Assembly: GCA_900314635.1 (NCBI GenBank)
Contig: OMVY01000009.1
Span: 50,132 to 114,131, forward strand
Source: an uncultured Methanobrevibacter sp.
Lineage (GTDB): Archaea > Methanobacteriota > Methanobacteria > Methanobacteriales > Methanobacteriaceae
Direction of reading: 5' to 3'
DNA length: 64,000 nt
Shown: positions 45,757 through 55,712 of the stretch, one piece after another
How positions within the stretch are numbered: the first letter of the stretch is position 1
How the letters are laid out: each line of letters begins with the position of its first letter
Made by a program: the position numbers and the translations under genes
Notes under the pieces: model-generated
What the model was told of the DNA's origin: nothing
Databases searched by the model: none
What the model saw: only the letters and a program-made list of their open reading frames with translations

Positions 45757-48594
45757 ATGATTATTATGTTCGTTAGAGCAAAAGATGATGAAAAGAAGCC
45801 GAAAATTGATTTGTTCAAGAATGATATCCGCTTCCGCCATCATATTGAATATGTGGAGACCATTCCCGAAAAGGAAGCTGAATACCGTCATGTCGATGGC
45901 CTTGAAGATAAGATTCAGGATTATCTTGACAAGAATGGCATAAGGCTTTACCAGCATCAAGCGCTCTCCATTGAAAAAGTCAGAGAAGGCAAAAACATAA
46001 TAATCACAACTCCAACAGCCAGTGGAAAGACTCTGGCATTCAATCTGCCTGTTTTTGAAGAGCTCATAAAGGACAACGACGCATGCGCCATGTATATCTA
46101 CCCTGCCAAGGCATTGTCATATGATCAATTGGATGTACTGCGCAGACTTGAGGATGAGTTGGATGTTGAAGTGAATCCCAATGCCTATGATGGAGACACT
46201 CCAAAGCCAAAGAGGCGGAGGATACGAAACGAATCAAGGATTATCATCACAAATCCCTATCAGATTCATCACATCCTCTCATGGCATCATCAATGGGAAA
46301 GATTCTACTCAAACCTGAAATTCATCATAATCGATGAGGCTCATTACTACAAGGGCATATTCGGATCAAACATAGCTCTTCTGATTAGAAGGCTTAAAAG
46401 AATCGCCAACTACTACGGCTCCAATCCGAAGTTCATCCTATCTTCAGCTACCCTTGCAAACCCTTTGGAGCTTGCAAACAAACTTACCGGGGAAGAATTT
46501 GAGCTGGTCGACAACGATACTTCTCCTAGCGGCGAGAAGGATTTCATACTCTACAATCCTTACAAGGATGTAAGCGGCCTTATCGGTACAAAGGATTTTG
46601 ATTCACCTTCCGTTCACAGGGTCACCGAGCAGATACTTCTTTACTTGATATTGAAAGATATCCAGACTCTCTGCTTTACATCATCCCGTAAGATGGCCGA
46701 GCTGATTGCATTGTGGACCAAGAAGGACATGGATTCAATTAAAAGACAGTATGTTGAGAGAATCAGCGCATACAGGGCAGGCTATCTTGCAGAAGAGCGC
46801 CGTGAAATTGAAAACGGCCTTAAATCCAAGAAATACCTTGGAGTAACCACTACTTCCGCTTTGGAACTGGGAATAAACATTGGAACCCTCGATGCTGTTA
46901 TAATATCTGGTTTTCCAGGTTCAATGATATCCACTTGGCAGCAGGCTGGAAGAGCTGGAAGGGGAGCTCAGAAATCCCTTGTCATTCTTGTAGCATTTGA
47001 AAACCAGCTTGACCAGTATTTTATGAACAATCCCGAGTTCTTCTTCGACAAGCCTCATGAAAATGCGGTCATTGACTTGAACAATGAGAAGCTAATCAGG
47101 AATCATCTCATATGTGCATCAAACGAGCTTCCAATAACTGAAGATGAGGCTAAATATTTCTTTAATGCCGATGATGAGTTGCTGGATGGCATTGTAAGAA
47201 GCAGAGACCTTAGAAGAAGCAACGGCATGTATCTCTATCCATATACAGACAGTCCATCATTCAGATACTCTCTAGACCAGATATCAAACGAGATATTCAC
47301 AGTGATGAACGGAGACAAGGTTCTTGAGAGAATTGAGCGTTCTCAAATGTACAGAGAGGCTCATGAAGGAGCTGTACTAATCAACAAGGGCGAGACATAC
47401 ATTGTTACTAATGTTAACTTCGATACCCATATCATTGATGTGGTTAAAAGGTCTGTGAATGCCCATACAATGGCTTTGAAGCGAACAAAAACCAAGATCA
47501 TCAAGAAGATCAAAAAGGAGAGAATAGGTGATTTCACCCTTCATTTCGGAGAGATTGAAGTGGAGGAGAACTATTACGCATATAAAAGGATGGAATTCTC
47601 CAAGACAATCGGAACTTATCCTCTAGACCTGCCTCCTTTGAAGTTCAAGACAAAAGGATTGTGGTTTACAATTCCAGATAGCGTAAAGCAGTATCTGGAA
47701 GACCATTATGATGACGATGATGTTTTCCCTGGAGGACTTCATGGTGCTGAGCATGCTTTGATAGGTCTTTTCTCACTCCATGTGATGTGTGACAGATTTG
47801 ATATAGGCGGGCTTTCAACAAATTATCACGAAGACACCCAGGAAGCAAGCATCTTTATTTATGATGCATTTGAAGGAGGAATAGGCATTTGTGAAAAGGC
47901 TGTTGAAGTCTTCAAGGACCTGACCGAATCCACAAGGCAGCTGCTTAAGACCTGTCAGTGTGAAAATGGATGTCCGTCCTGCATCTACTCTCCAAAGTGT
48001 GGAAATGACAACAAGCCTCTTCACAAGAAGGCTACAGAATATGTTTTGGATTACATGCATGAAGAAATGAACAAGCTGTCTCCAGAGGAGTTGAATGATT
48101 TAAAACGCAAACAGCTTCCTAATCCTTATGATGATTATGAAAATGAGGATTTATCCGCTTTGTATTCTGAAATATTCAAGGAAGATAAGTATTATGAGAT
48201 GGAGTCTTCAAAAGAGGATTATTCCAAGCTGGAGAGGGAATTGAACAGTTCTGGAATAGTTGATTATGCTGATATTGACAGCAAGCTGAATGATGAGAAT
48301 GATTCTCTTCCTGAGTTCAGCGAAGAGGAGCTGCTGATACGATCAGAGTATGAAGATGCCTTGGAAGAGTTCAATAAGGGAAACTACAGTTCTGCCAAGG
48401 ATATTTTAAATGATATTCTAATCAAAACTGACAAGATCAATGCAGATGCTTATTATCTTATAGGAAAAATTCTTTATGTTCAGGGAGATAAGAAAGGAGC
48501 TGTTTCATTTGTTAAAAAAGCCATTTCACTTGAAGGAGCTTATGAAGAAGCAAACGATCTGTTAATTGAAATTAAAAAAGATTTGAAGTCTTAA
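45757..48594 (+). CDS. mrfA: DEAH-box helicase with DUF1998 (MrfA/Hrq1/SftH family) plus acidic linker and C-terminal TPR
   Basis: PTASGKT, IIDEAH, SAT, QQAGRAGR, HGAEHALI and CQCENGCPSC motifs; TPR-like last ~80 aa. True start may be ATG 45766. Confidence 0.88.
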   Translation: MIIMFVRAKDDEKKPKIDLFKNDIRFRHHIEYVETIPEKEAEYRHVDGLEDKIQDYLDKNGIRLYQHQALSIEKVREGKNIIITTPTASGKTLAFNLPVFEELIKDNDACAMYIYPAKALSYDQLDVLRRLEDELDVEVNPNAYDGDTPKPKRRRIRNESRIIITNPYQIHHILSWHHQWERFYSNLKFIIIDEAHYYKGIFGSNIALLIRRLKRIANYYGSNPKFILSSATLANPLELANKLTGEEFELVDNDTSPSGEKDFILYNPYKDVSGLIGTKDFDSPSVHRVTEQILLYLILKDIQTLCFTSSRKMAELIALWTKKDMDSIKRQYVERISAYRAGYLAEERREIENGLKSKKYLGVTTTSALELGINIGTLDAVIISGFPGSMISTWQQAGRAGRGAQKSLVILVAFENQLDQYFMNNPEFFFDKPHENAVIDLNNEKLIRNHLICASNELPITEDEAKYFFNADDELLDGIVRSRDLRRSNGMYLYPYTDSPSFRYSLDQISNEIFTVMNGDKVLERIERSQMYREAHEGAVLINKGETYIVTNVNFDTHIIDVVKRSVNAHTMALKRTKTKIIKKIKKERIGDFTLHFGEIEVEENYYAYKRMEFSKTIGTYPLDLPPLKFKTKGLWFTIPDSVKQYLEDHYDDDDVFPGGLHGAEHALIGLFSLHVMCDRFDIGGLSTNYHEDTQEASIFIYDAFEGGIGICEKAVEVFKDLTESTRQLLKTCQCENGCPSCIYSPKCGNDNKPLHKKATEYVLDYMHEEMNKLSPEELNDLKRKQLPNPYDDYENEDLSALYSEIFKEDKYYEMESSKEDYSKLERELNSSGIVDYADIDSKLNDENDSLPEFSEEELLIRSEYEDALEEFNKGNYSSAKDILNDILIKTDKINADAYYLIGKILYVQGDKKGAVSFVKKAISLEGAYEEANDLLIEIKKDLKS

Positions 48595-48643
48595 ATAGTG
48601 TTTATTAAAAAAATCATATTAGTTATAGATAATAGGTGATAAT

Positions 48644-48952
48644 ATGGAATTAACTGATGATATGCGAAAGGAGATGAAAGAGGAAATTCCTTGTGAAATC
48701 AATAGGATTTTAGAAAAATATGAACTGCCTTACAGGATGGATCAGGTATCCATTATGAATTCCTCTAATAAGATTAGCTTTATAGGAAACGTTAGAGTGC
48801 ATGATCCTTCCAAAGTCAAGCCCGTTCAAACTGAAGTGGAATCCTATCTGAAAAAGTTTGGAGATATTGCTATCAATACAAGAAAGGTTGTTCCATGCTG
48901 CGAGCTACCTTATACTTATATCAATTTTCATATAACTTATGCCAAGGACTGA
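48644..48952 (+). CDS. Hypothetical 102-aa protein inside the mrfA-mrfB cluster
   Basis: AGGTG-N5-ATG; 49 bp after mrfA and 61 bp before mrfB; contains a CCELPY motif. Confidence 0.75.
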   Translation: MELTDDMRKEMKEEIPCEINRILEKYELPYRMDQVSIMNSSNKISFIGNVRVHDPSKVKPVQTEVESYLKKFGDIAINTRKVVPCCELPYTYINFHITYAKD

Positions 48953-49013
48953 GTGATCTGTAACTCATATCAGTTATTGAATATTAATGAATAATTAGTT
49001 TTAAATATTATCT

Positions 49014-50084
49014 GTGATTATCATGGTGTCTCGAAGAGAAGAACATGAAAACTATCTTAAAAAGATCCTGTCAGAGTCCATAACATCTGAAAATCCTTCT
49101 GAAGAAGCTTTTAAACGTTTTTATAAGGATTCTCCTGTCTATTTCAATCAGTTGAAAAACGGACTTGTCAACAAGTATGAAGGCTGTGAATTGCTGGATA
49201 TAGAAGGCAGCGAAATCTGTGAGAACAGGTATGGTGAATGTCTTAAAATAATCTACAAGGAAAAAATGGATTTTTCCCTTGGTGGTGAAGAAGACTACAA
49301 GAAAGAGCTTCTAAGTGATTTGAAGATTCTTCCAGGTGTTGGAGTAAAGAAGGAAAAGCGATTGAAAGAGGAGGGCTATAAAAATTTATATGACCTTTTA
49401 AGTCATGATTCCTACTCTTCAAATGCTCAAAAGGCTATAGAGAAAATCGAAACCCAGTGCTTCATCAAGGAATTCGACATTTTAAAGGAGCTTGGCAGAT
49501 ATTCAAATGCCTCATCCAATCTAACCCTAAAATCCTTGAATAATCTGGATCCATTCAATCTGAAGTTCATGGATATAGAAACATTGGGGCTCTCCAATGT
49601 TCCTCTCATATTGATATGTGTTGCTGAAATCAAGGGCAGCTACATAGAATCCAGCCAGTATCTTTTAAGAGACATCAATGAAGAGCCTGCAGTCATTGAA
49701 GGATATCTTTCCCATATCGATGATGCAAGCGTTCATGTGAGCTACAATGGCGTCAACTTCGATATTCCATACATAAAAAACCGCGCACACAGATTCAGGA
49801 TGGACTGCAATCTCAATCAGATTCATTTTGACTTGATGTATCCCGCACGCAACTTGTGGAAGGATGTGCTTCCAAACTGCAAGTTGACTACCATTGAAGA
49901 GCATATTTTCAATATAAAGAGGGATGACGATGTGCCTGGTGCCTATGTTCCCGGATATTATCAAACATATCTTGAAAAGAAAAACATCGGTCCTTTGATT
50001 CCAATCATTGAGCATAACAGAAATGATGTAATTTCCCTTGCAAGCTTTCTGATGAAAATTTATGAAGAATCATTTTCCAATTGA
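49014..50084 (+). CDS. mrfB: RNase H-like DEDD exonuclease (MrfB/YprB family) with HhH motif
   Basis: FMDIETLGL, SYNGVNFDIPY, HFDLMYPAR, CKLTTIE and EHNRNDV motifs; HhH LPGVGVKKEKRL. Likely start is ATG 49023. Confidence 0.85.
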   Translation: MIIMVSRREEHENYLKKILSESITSENPSEEAFKRFYKDSPVYFNQLKNGLVNKYEGCELLDIEGSEICENRYGECLKIIYKEKMDFSLGGEEDYKKELLSDLKILPGVGVKKEKRLKEEGYKNLYDLLSHDSYSSNAQKAIEKIETQCFIKEFDILKELGRYSNASSNLTLKSLNNLDPFNLKFMDIETLGLSNVPLILICVAEIKGSYIESSQYLLRDINEEPAVIEGYLSHIDDASVHVSYNGVNFDIPYIKNRAHRFRMDCNLNQIHFDLMYPARNLWKDVLPNCKLTTIEEHIFNIKRDDDVPGAYVPGYYQTYLEKKNIGPLIPIIEHNRNDVISLASFLMKIYEESFSN

Positions 50085-50696
50085 TTTTTCAAGCAATTTT
50101 TGTATACAATTATTTAATTTTGTATATAAAGTTATTTAAAGATTGTTTTTTGTTTTAAATAGTTAAAACTTATTTAATTTAAGTTTAGGTTTAAAATTTT
50201 AATTAATATATCATTATATTGATAAATTATTATTTATCTTTAAAATAAGTTAATTTTAAACATTACATTTATAAATAATGAGTTATATATTAAAATATGA
50301 AAATTCCTTCATAGGTAAGACTCTGTTTTATTTAAAGAATAAAAATTAAGATATTATTTAAAAACTTTTTATCCCATATAATAAAAAATATACTTAATTT
50401 TTATCTTTATTTTTTTAATCTCTTTTTTACTCTATTTTTTAAAACTTTTTTTATCTTTATTTACTCTTTTTTAAACTTTTTTTTTTAAATGTTTAATTTT
50501 TTTATTTTGGATAAATAATAAATAAAATAAGGAAAATAATTATGTATAATAAACAATATTAGAAAAATAATCGTATTTAATAATTAAAATAGAAAATTAT
50601 GCTCATGATATATTAGGAATTGCAACTATGCATAATTGTTAAAAAATCTGCATGTAGATTCGGTTATTTTAAACTTATTTTTCCAAGGAGATTAAA

Positions 50697-51116
50697 ATGT
50701 TTGAAGAAGAGCAAGACAATAAAATTTACAACCTTATCATAACCCAGGGAATCGATCCTGAAAATGAATACAAGGAATTTACAGCTAAATTATTCTCAAA
50801 ACCAGAGTTTTTATGGACTGAAACAGTTGCAAGAGATTATTCTGCATTTTCTGAAAAATTCTTTGAAAAAGTGGACCTCATTGTTATTCTATCCGGCCTT
50901 TACAATGAAAACAAGGAAATGATAGAAGACCTGATTCAAGTTTCTGAGAACTTCGACATTCCAATTCTTCTTGTACGTCCTTATGGAATGGAAATTGTTC
51001 CTGAAGATATTGAAGAAAAAGCGAAGGCTGTCATTGGGTGGAATGCCAACTGCATTATAGATACTATCAAAGATATTGTAAATGGCACTTATGACGAAGA
51101 AGATGACTTTATTTAA
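50697..51116 (+). CDS. MTH538/DUF1863 TIR-like domain protein, apparently lacking the catalytic Glu
   Basis: YNLII, IVILSGLY, PILLVRPYG and VIGWNANCIIDTI match the MTH538-like TIR pattern; GGAG RBS. Confidence 0.72.
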   Translation: MFEEEQDNKIYNLIITQGIDPENEYKEFTAKLFSKPEFLWTETVARDYSAFSEKFFEKVDLIVILSGLYNENKEMIEDLIQVSENFDIPILLVRPYGMEIVPEDIEEKAKAVIGWNANCIIDTIKDIVNGTYDEEDDFI

Positions 51117-51328
51117 TTTCTTTATACTTTTTTTCTTTTTTTTTTAAAAACTTTAGGCTAGATGGCGTTGAGATTAATCGTAGAATCATATGATTATTTT
51201 TGGAATTGTGGTAATAGAGATTAATCTGTAAAATAAGGTATATTAGAATATTACCCTTTTTAAAATCCAATATTTAAATTAAAAATATTAAAAAAAAAAT
51301 AAAAATAAAAATAAAAGCATTATAAAAG

Positions 51329-51412
51329 TGCAGGGGACGGGAATCGAACCCGCGAAGGGACTAACCCGCTGGGTTTTGAGCCCAGTGCCTTTGACCGCTC
51401 GACCACCCCTGC
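51329..51412 (-). tRNA. tRNA-Leu(CAA), intronless, CCA not encoded
   Basis: GCAGGGG/CCCCTGC acceptor stem; anticodon arm CTGGG-CTCAAAA-CCCAG; long variable arm; GGTTCGATTCCC T-arm; discriminator A. Confidence 0.96.
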
Positions 51413-51583
51413 TGATTAAAAAAAGTAAAAAAAATATACAATTTATTATTATATTCTCTTTAGATTTAAATGTTACGAATTCGGTTTTTTATTGTTCTGC
51501 TCTAATTCTTATTCCTTTAATCTTTGATTTTTATTGTATAGAATTTGATTAATTCAATGAATTATATCAGAAACTGATAAAAT

Positions 51584-52951
51584 CTATTGTGTTGAATTTG
51601 ATTTAATTCCAACAAATGAAGCAAATACTGATAGTATGCATAATATTATACAAATCATACAGGTCAACTGACAGCTTTGAACCAGCAATGGATAGTAGGG
51701 TTCTATTATCGCAACATCACCCATAATGAATGCAAATACAAGTGTCAGTATTCCCATGCTCATCGCCTGGCCTACAGTACGCATGGTTGCAACAGCTGCT
51801 GATGCAACTGATGTGTCTTTTGGTGGAACGGAACTCATGATGACATTTGTATTCGGTGGTGAGAACAATCCAAAACCAATTCCGTAGATTATCATTGAAA
51901 CTATCAGGAAATTCATTGAAGTATCTCCATTCAAGAAGGAGAAAAGGAATAGTGAAATAGTACCAAGGGCCATTCCAAGAGCTGCTAATATTTGCGGAAC
52001 GAACTTGTCTGACAGTCTTCCTGCAATCGGCGCCAGAACCACCTGGCATAATGGGGCTACAAGCAGGATTATTCCTGCAGTTTGTGAATCCAATCCCTTG
52101 ATGTACTGCAGGTGATAGTTGAGAATTGTTGTGACAGCATAAGTCGCTAGATATGCACATAATGATGCAAAATTAGCTGATAGGAACTCCTTGTTTTTAA
52201 AGAATCGGATGTCGAATACCGGATGTTTCTCTCTCAGCTCTATCAGTGCGAATATTGCGAGTATCACTATTGCAAGGAGGGTTAGAAATATTCCCAATCC
52301 TGTGTTTAGAATAGTGAATCCATACATGAAAAGCACCATTCCAATTCCATATGTGATTGATCCCTTCACATCCAGGGGAACATTCTCAAATGATGTCCAT
52401 TCCTCTTTGATTTTTGTTGAAAGTAAAAATAGAATGACAAATAGGAAAGGCACTCCAAACAGGACTACTGACCTCCATCCAAGGTTATGGTCCAGTATTC
52501 CGCCAATAACTGGGGATAAGGACAATCCTATGTAAACTCCTGTGATATTTATTCCTAGAGCTTTTCCTCGCTCATTTGCAGGAAATGCAGAGACGATCAT
52601 CGCCATTGAAGTGACATTGATGAATGCAAGTGAGATTCCTAAAACAAGTCTGCATGCTAGAAACTGCTCCTGAGTTGTTACGCATACATTGATGATTGAA
52701 ATTATGATAAACAGGAGGATGCATATTCTTGTAACTTTTTTAAGTCCATATTTAGCTGAAATCTGGCCTGCTGGAACAGAAAGGACAGCCACAACAAGCA
52801 AGAAGATTATGGTGACCCAGTTCTGCATGATGTTGCTCATTCCATATTCCGCAGCTATGCTTGGAATAACAATTGTAACAGCATTAACTGCAAAAACTGT
52901 AAAGAATGACAGCACTGTGCATATTAATAAAAGCAGATTTTTTGATTCCAT
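51584..52951 (-). CDS. MFS transporter, DHA2 (14-TM) drug/H+ antiporter type
   Basis: GQISAKYG, ERGKALG, GRLSDK and SPPNTNVIM motifs. Start at ATG 52951 is more likely than the track start at 53002. Confidence 0.92.
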   Translation of the reverse strand: MESKNLLLLICTVLSFFTVFAVNAVTIVIPSIAAEYGMSNIMQNWVTIIFLLVVAVLSVPAGQISAKYGLKKVTRICILLFIIISIINVCVTTQEQFLACRLVLGISLAFINVTSMAMIVSAFPANERGKALGINITGVYIGLSLSPVIGGILDHNLGWRSVVLFGVPFLFVILFLLSTKIKEEWTSFENVPLDVKGSITYGIGMVLFMYGFTILNTGLGIFLTLLAIVILAIFALIELREKHPVFDIRFFKNKEFLSANFASLCAYLATYAVTTILNYHLQYIKGLDSQTAGIILLVAPLCQVVLAPIAGRLSDKFVPQILAALGMALGTISLFLFSFLNGDTSMNFLIVSMIIYGIGFGLFSPPNTNVIMSSVPPKDTSVASAAVATMRTVGQAMSMGILTLVFAFIMGDVAIIEPYYPLLVQSCQLTCMICIILCILSVFASFVGIKSNSTQ

Positions 52952-53166
52952 AATTATTAAAAGGAAATTAAAATTATATATATTTTTCGCTAGACTAATC
53001 AAAAATCTGTTATTTTATAAAAAATCCGTTATTTTCTAAAAAATTAATTATTATTAAAAAATTAGTTATTTTCAAAAAAATCATTTATTTTCTAGATTAA
53101 AATTCTATTTCAATAATTTAATTTATATTTTAAAATTATAAATTTTTAAAAAAAGAATTGAAATGA

Positions 53167-53250
53167 TGCAGGGGACGGGAATCGAACCCGCGAAGGGACT
53201 AACCCGCTAGGCCCTGAACCTAGTGCCTTTGACCGCTCGACCACCCCTGC
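53167..53250 (-). tRNA. tRNA-Leu(CAG), intronless, CCA not encoded
   Basis: Same body as the CAA gene; anticodon arm CTAGG-TTCAGGG-CCTAG. Confidence 0.96.
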
Positions 53251-53534
53251 ATGTAAATAAAAAACAAGAGTAAAAACTACATTATATAATAACATTCTCA
53301 TTAGATTTAAATCTTTCTGTAATTTATTTTTTTATCTGTTTCAAAACATTGCTATAATTTCGATTTTATCTATTGTTGGATGTAATATGTGCATGGGAAC
53401 ATATAAACTAATTAAAAAAAATATTAGGTTTAAAATATTAAACTGAAGCTTTGATTAGATTTATTAAATTTTTAAAAATAGTCAAATTATTTAGTTTAAA
53501 ATTAATTAAATAATAGCTTTTTTGCTTGTTTAAA

Positions 53535-53582
53535 ATTAAAAAAAAAGAAAAAATAATAATCAAGAGAGCACTCTTGATTATT
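53535..53582 (-). terminator. Intrinsic terminator of the DUF4013 gene
   Basis: 12-bp stem AATAATCAAGAG-AGCA-CTCTTGATTATT followed on the minus strand by a T-tract. Confidence 0.75.
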
Positions 53583-53611
53583 GGATATGTAAATTGTTAG
53601 TTGGTATTTAT

Positions 53612-54328
53612 CTATTTATCTGAGTATAATAAACCAATTGCTCTGTTTCGGAAGAAGAACATGTAAGCGCTGACAACTGCAGCGATGATTAGGGTTAATA
53701 TGTCACCAATTGTTCCATGTCCACTAAACAAGCCTGTAATAATGTTTAAAATAGCTCCAATAACAAAAATTACGATAAGAATGACCAGTATTTTTACAAT
53801 GCCCACACTCATGATGTCGTTAATTGCTTCCTTAACGTTTAATGCATATCCAAGGCTTTCGGTTTCTGCTAATCTGCATGCTCCCATGAATAAGGCTAAT
53901 CCGAAAACGATAAAGAGTATTATGCCTACGATTAATCCAAGAGTATCATTGATTGCACCTAAGATGGCCATAATGATAATTGGTATGATCAAGTATACAA
54001 TACTCATGATAATATATTTGCAACCATTGATTACCTGTCTTGCAATATCAATTGAAGGAGCGTCATCGCTTCTTTCAATACCTAATTTCACAACATCCAG
54101 ACCATATCCTTCAACTAGAAGACAAATCAGAAGAACAAGAACAATTCCAATGATTCCAACAATTCCTACAGTTGCAACTGAATCAAAAGATGCTCCAACA
54201 GCTACTCCTCCAATAGTGAGTAACAATATTAAAAAGATAACAAACATAATTCCGATATAAATTCCAAGTTCTTTCATGTGGTTTAACGGATAATTGATTG
54301 CATCCATAATTATTTCCATAATTTCCAT
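53612..54328 (-). CDS. DUF4013 family membrane protein
   Basis: DAINYP, GYGLDVVKLGI and RAIGLLY motifs; multiple TM spans. Confidence 0.82.
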   Translation of the reverse strand: MEIMEIIMDAINYPLNHMKELGIYIGIMFVIFLILLLTIGGVAVGASFDSVATVGIVGIIGIVLVLLICLLVEGYGLDVVKLGIERSDDAPSIDIARQVINGCKYIIMSIVYLIIPIIIMAILGAINDTLGLIVGIILFIVFGLALFMGACRLAETESLGYALNVKEAINDIMSVGIVKILVILIVIFVIGAILNIITGLFSGHGTIGDILTLIIAAVVSAYMFFFRNRAIGLLYSDK

Positions 54329-54650
54329 AATTATACCTCATTTTATATTCATAACTCATTAAAGTAAAATTGAGTTAATAATAAATTTATTTTTAATAAT
54401 ATTTAAGTCTAATGCATTATTTGGTGCTTTTTCGCTTATTTTTCATTTTTTAAAATGAATTTTATTTAATTTTTCAATTATTAAATATTTATAAGAATTA
54501 AGATAATTACAAGTTATTTTTTTAATTCTTTTCTTAATTTAATAATTAATATTGCTTTTTTTCATTAATACTCTTCACTTTTAAAAGTAATATTTTTTAT
54601 TTAATTTAATATTTTGAACATGTTTTTCTAAAAATTTTGATTACTAATCC

Positions 54651-54750
54651 AGAAAAAGTAGATTAAATTTAAGATTTTGTGAATTTAAGAAAAAGTAGAT
54701 TAAATTTAAGATTTTGTGAATTTAAGAAAAAGTAGTTTAATTTAAGATTT
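54651..54750. repeat. Tandem 37-bp repeat (2 identical copies plus 1 degenerate)
   Basis: AGAAAAAGTAGATTAAATTTAAGATTTTGTGAATTTA at 54651 and 54688, partial at 54725; no spacers. Confidence 0.9.
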
Positions 54751-54847
54751 CATAAAATTAAGAAAAATAAGAAAAATTTGAGAATTTAAAAAAAGAAATA
54801 AACTAAAAATTAGAATAAGAAATAAAGATCTTCCTTAGATTTATCCT

Positions 54848-55538
54848 CTAAATTGGAACTCCAAGCAGTATCAATATGAATATAAATTCATCTGTTAATA
54901 AATGGCTGAGATAAGGGATAAGCAGGTTCTTGGTTTTAACATATCCATAAAATTCAAATATGGAACCGAAACCTGTATGAAAAGTGCAAATATTAACATG
55001 ATTGGATTGTATGCATGGAGGGATGCAAACATGACCATTATCAAAGCAACTGATACCAATATAGATAATTTACGATTGTTTGTGTATTTGTAAAGCAGTC
55101 TGAGGAAAAACATGAATGGAATGAATTTGATAAATTCCTCTCCCATAATTGAAAATAATGATGAAATCAGTGTCATTGAGGTCATGGCTTCTGTATCCAC
55201 GGTTCCGGGGCTGACTATTCCAAACATTTCGAGTATTTTGCCCACGACTACAGCATATATTATATATCCGACGAAAAGCGCCACTGCAAGAGCAATGTCT
55301 CGACGGGAAGGCTTTCTAAATATCTCCTTGTAATCCCATTTTAAAAAATACAATACCGGCACGATCAATATGATGCATTGTGCTATTGCAATGGGAATTA
55401 TATCAGATATTAATAAAAAACGATTATGAATGCGACAAATAAAACAATCTATCCCCATTTTGGAATATATGGGGGATTCTTGTAAAATGGAAAATCATAA
55501 TCTTCGTCTTCGAATTTGAATCTGTCTGTTTCTGTCAT
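54848..55538 (-). pseudogene. CAAX/CPBP (Abi) intramembrane protease pseudogene
   Basis: Starts MTETDRFKFEDEDYDFPFYKNPPYIPKWG, then TAG at 55449-55451; -1 frameshifts near 55421 and 54972; core GEEFIKF and FASLHAY motifs; restored tail QGFGSIFEFYGYVKTKNLLIPYLSHLLTD. 691 nt + 2 = 231 codons. Confidence 0.85.
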
Positions 55539-55712
55539 ATTATTGAATTTTGTACTAGATTATTTATACGTTTTTGTAAAAAATGAATCTCATATGAAAA
55601 ACAATTAAAAATTATAAAATAATAAGTTTTTGACTTATATTAAGAATTATGATTATGAAAATATATAAGGTATTAAATTCATAATTCATATTAGAAAATA
55701 GAAGGGAAAAAA

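Noticed and set aside
45757-48594. DUF1998 helicase as DISARM DrmAB
   Set aside because: It is a fused helicase-DUF1998 next to a DEDD exonuclease; no methyltransferase, PLD or SNF2 partner.
51328-51552. 74-aa minus-strand ORF in the track
   Set aside because: It overlaps tRNA-Leu(CAA) and is a shadow translation.
51329-53250. Integrated element with attL/attR at tRNA-Leu
   Set aside because: Both copies are full-length with different anticodons, and there is no integrase; kept only as a duplication finding.
54651-54750. 37-bp repeats as a CRISPR array
   Set aside because: The length is CRISPR-like, but copies abut directly with no spacers.
55449-55451. In-frame TAG as pyrrolysine read-through
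   Set aside because: Methanobacteriales are not known to encode Pyl, the codon sits at an expected Trp, and two frameshifts follow.
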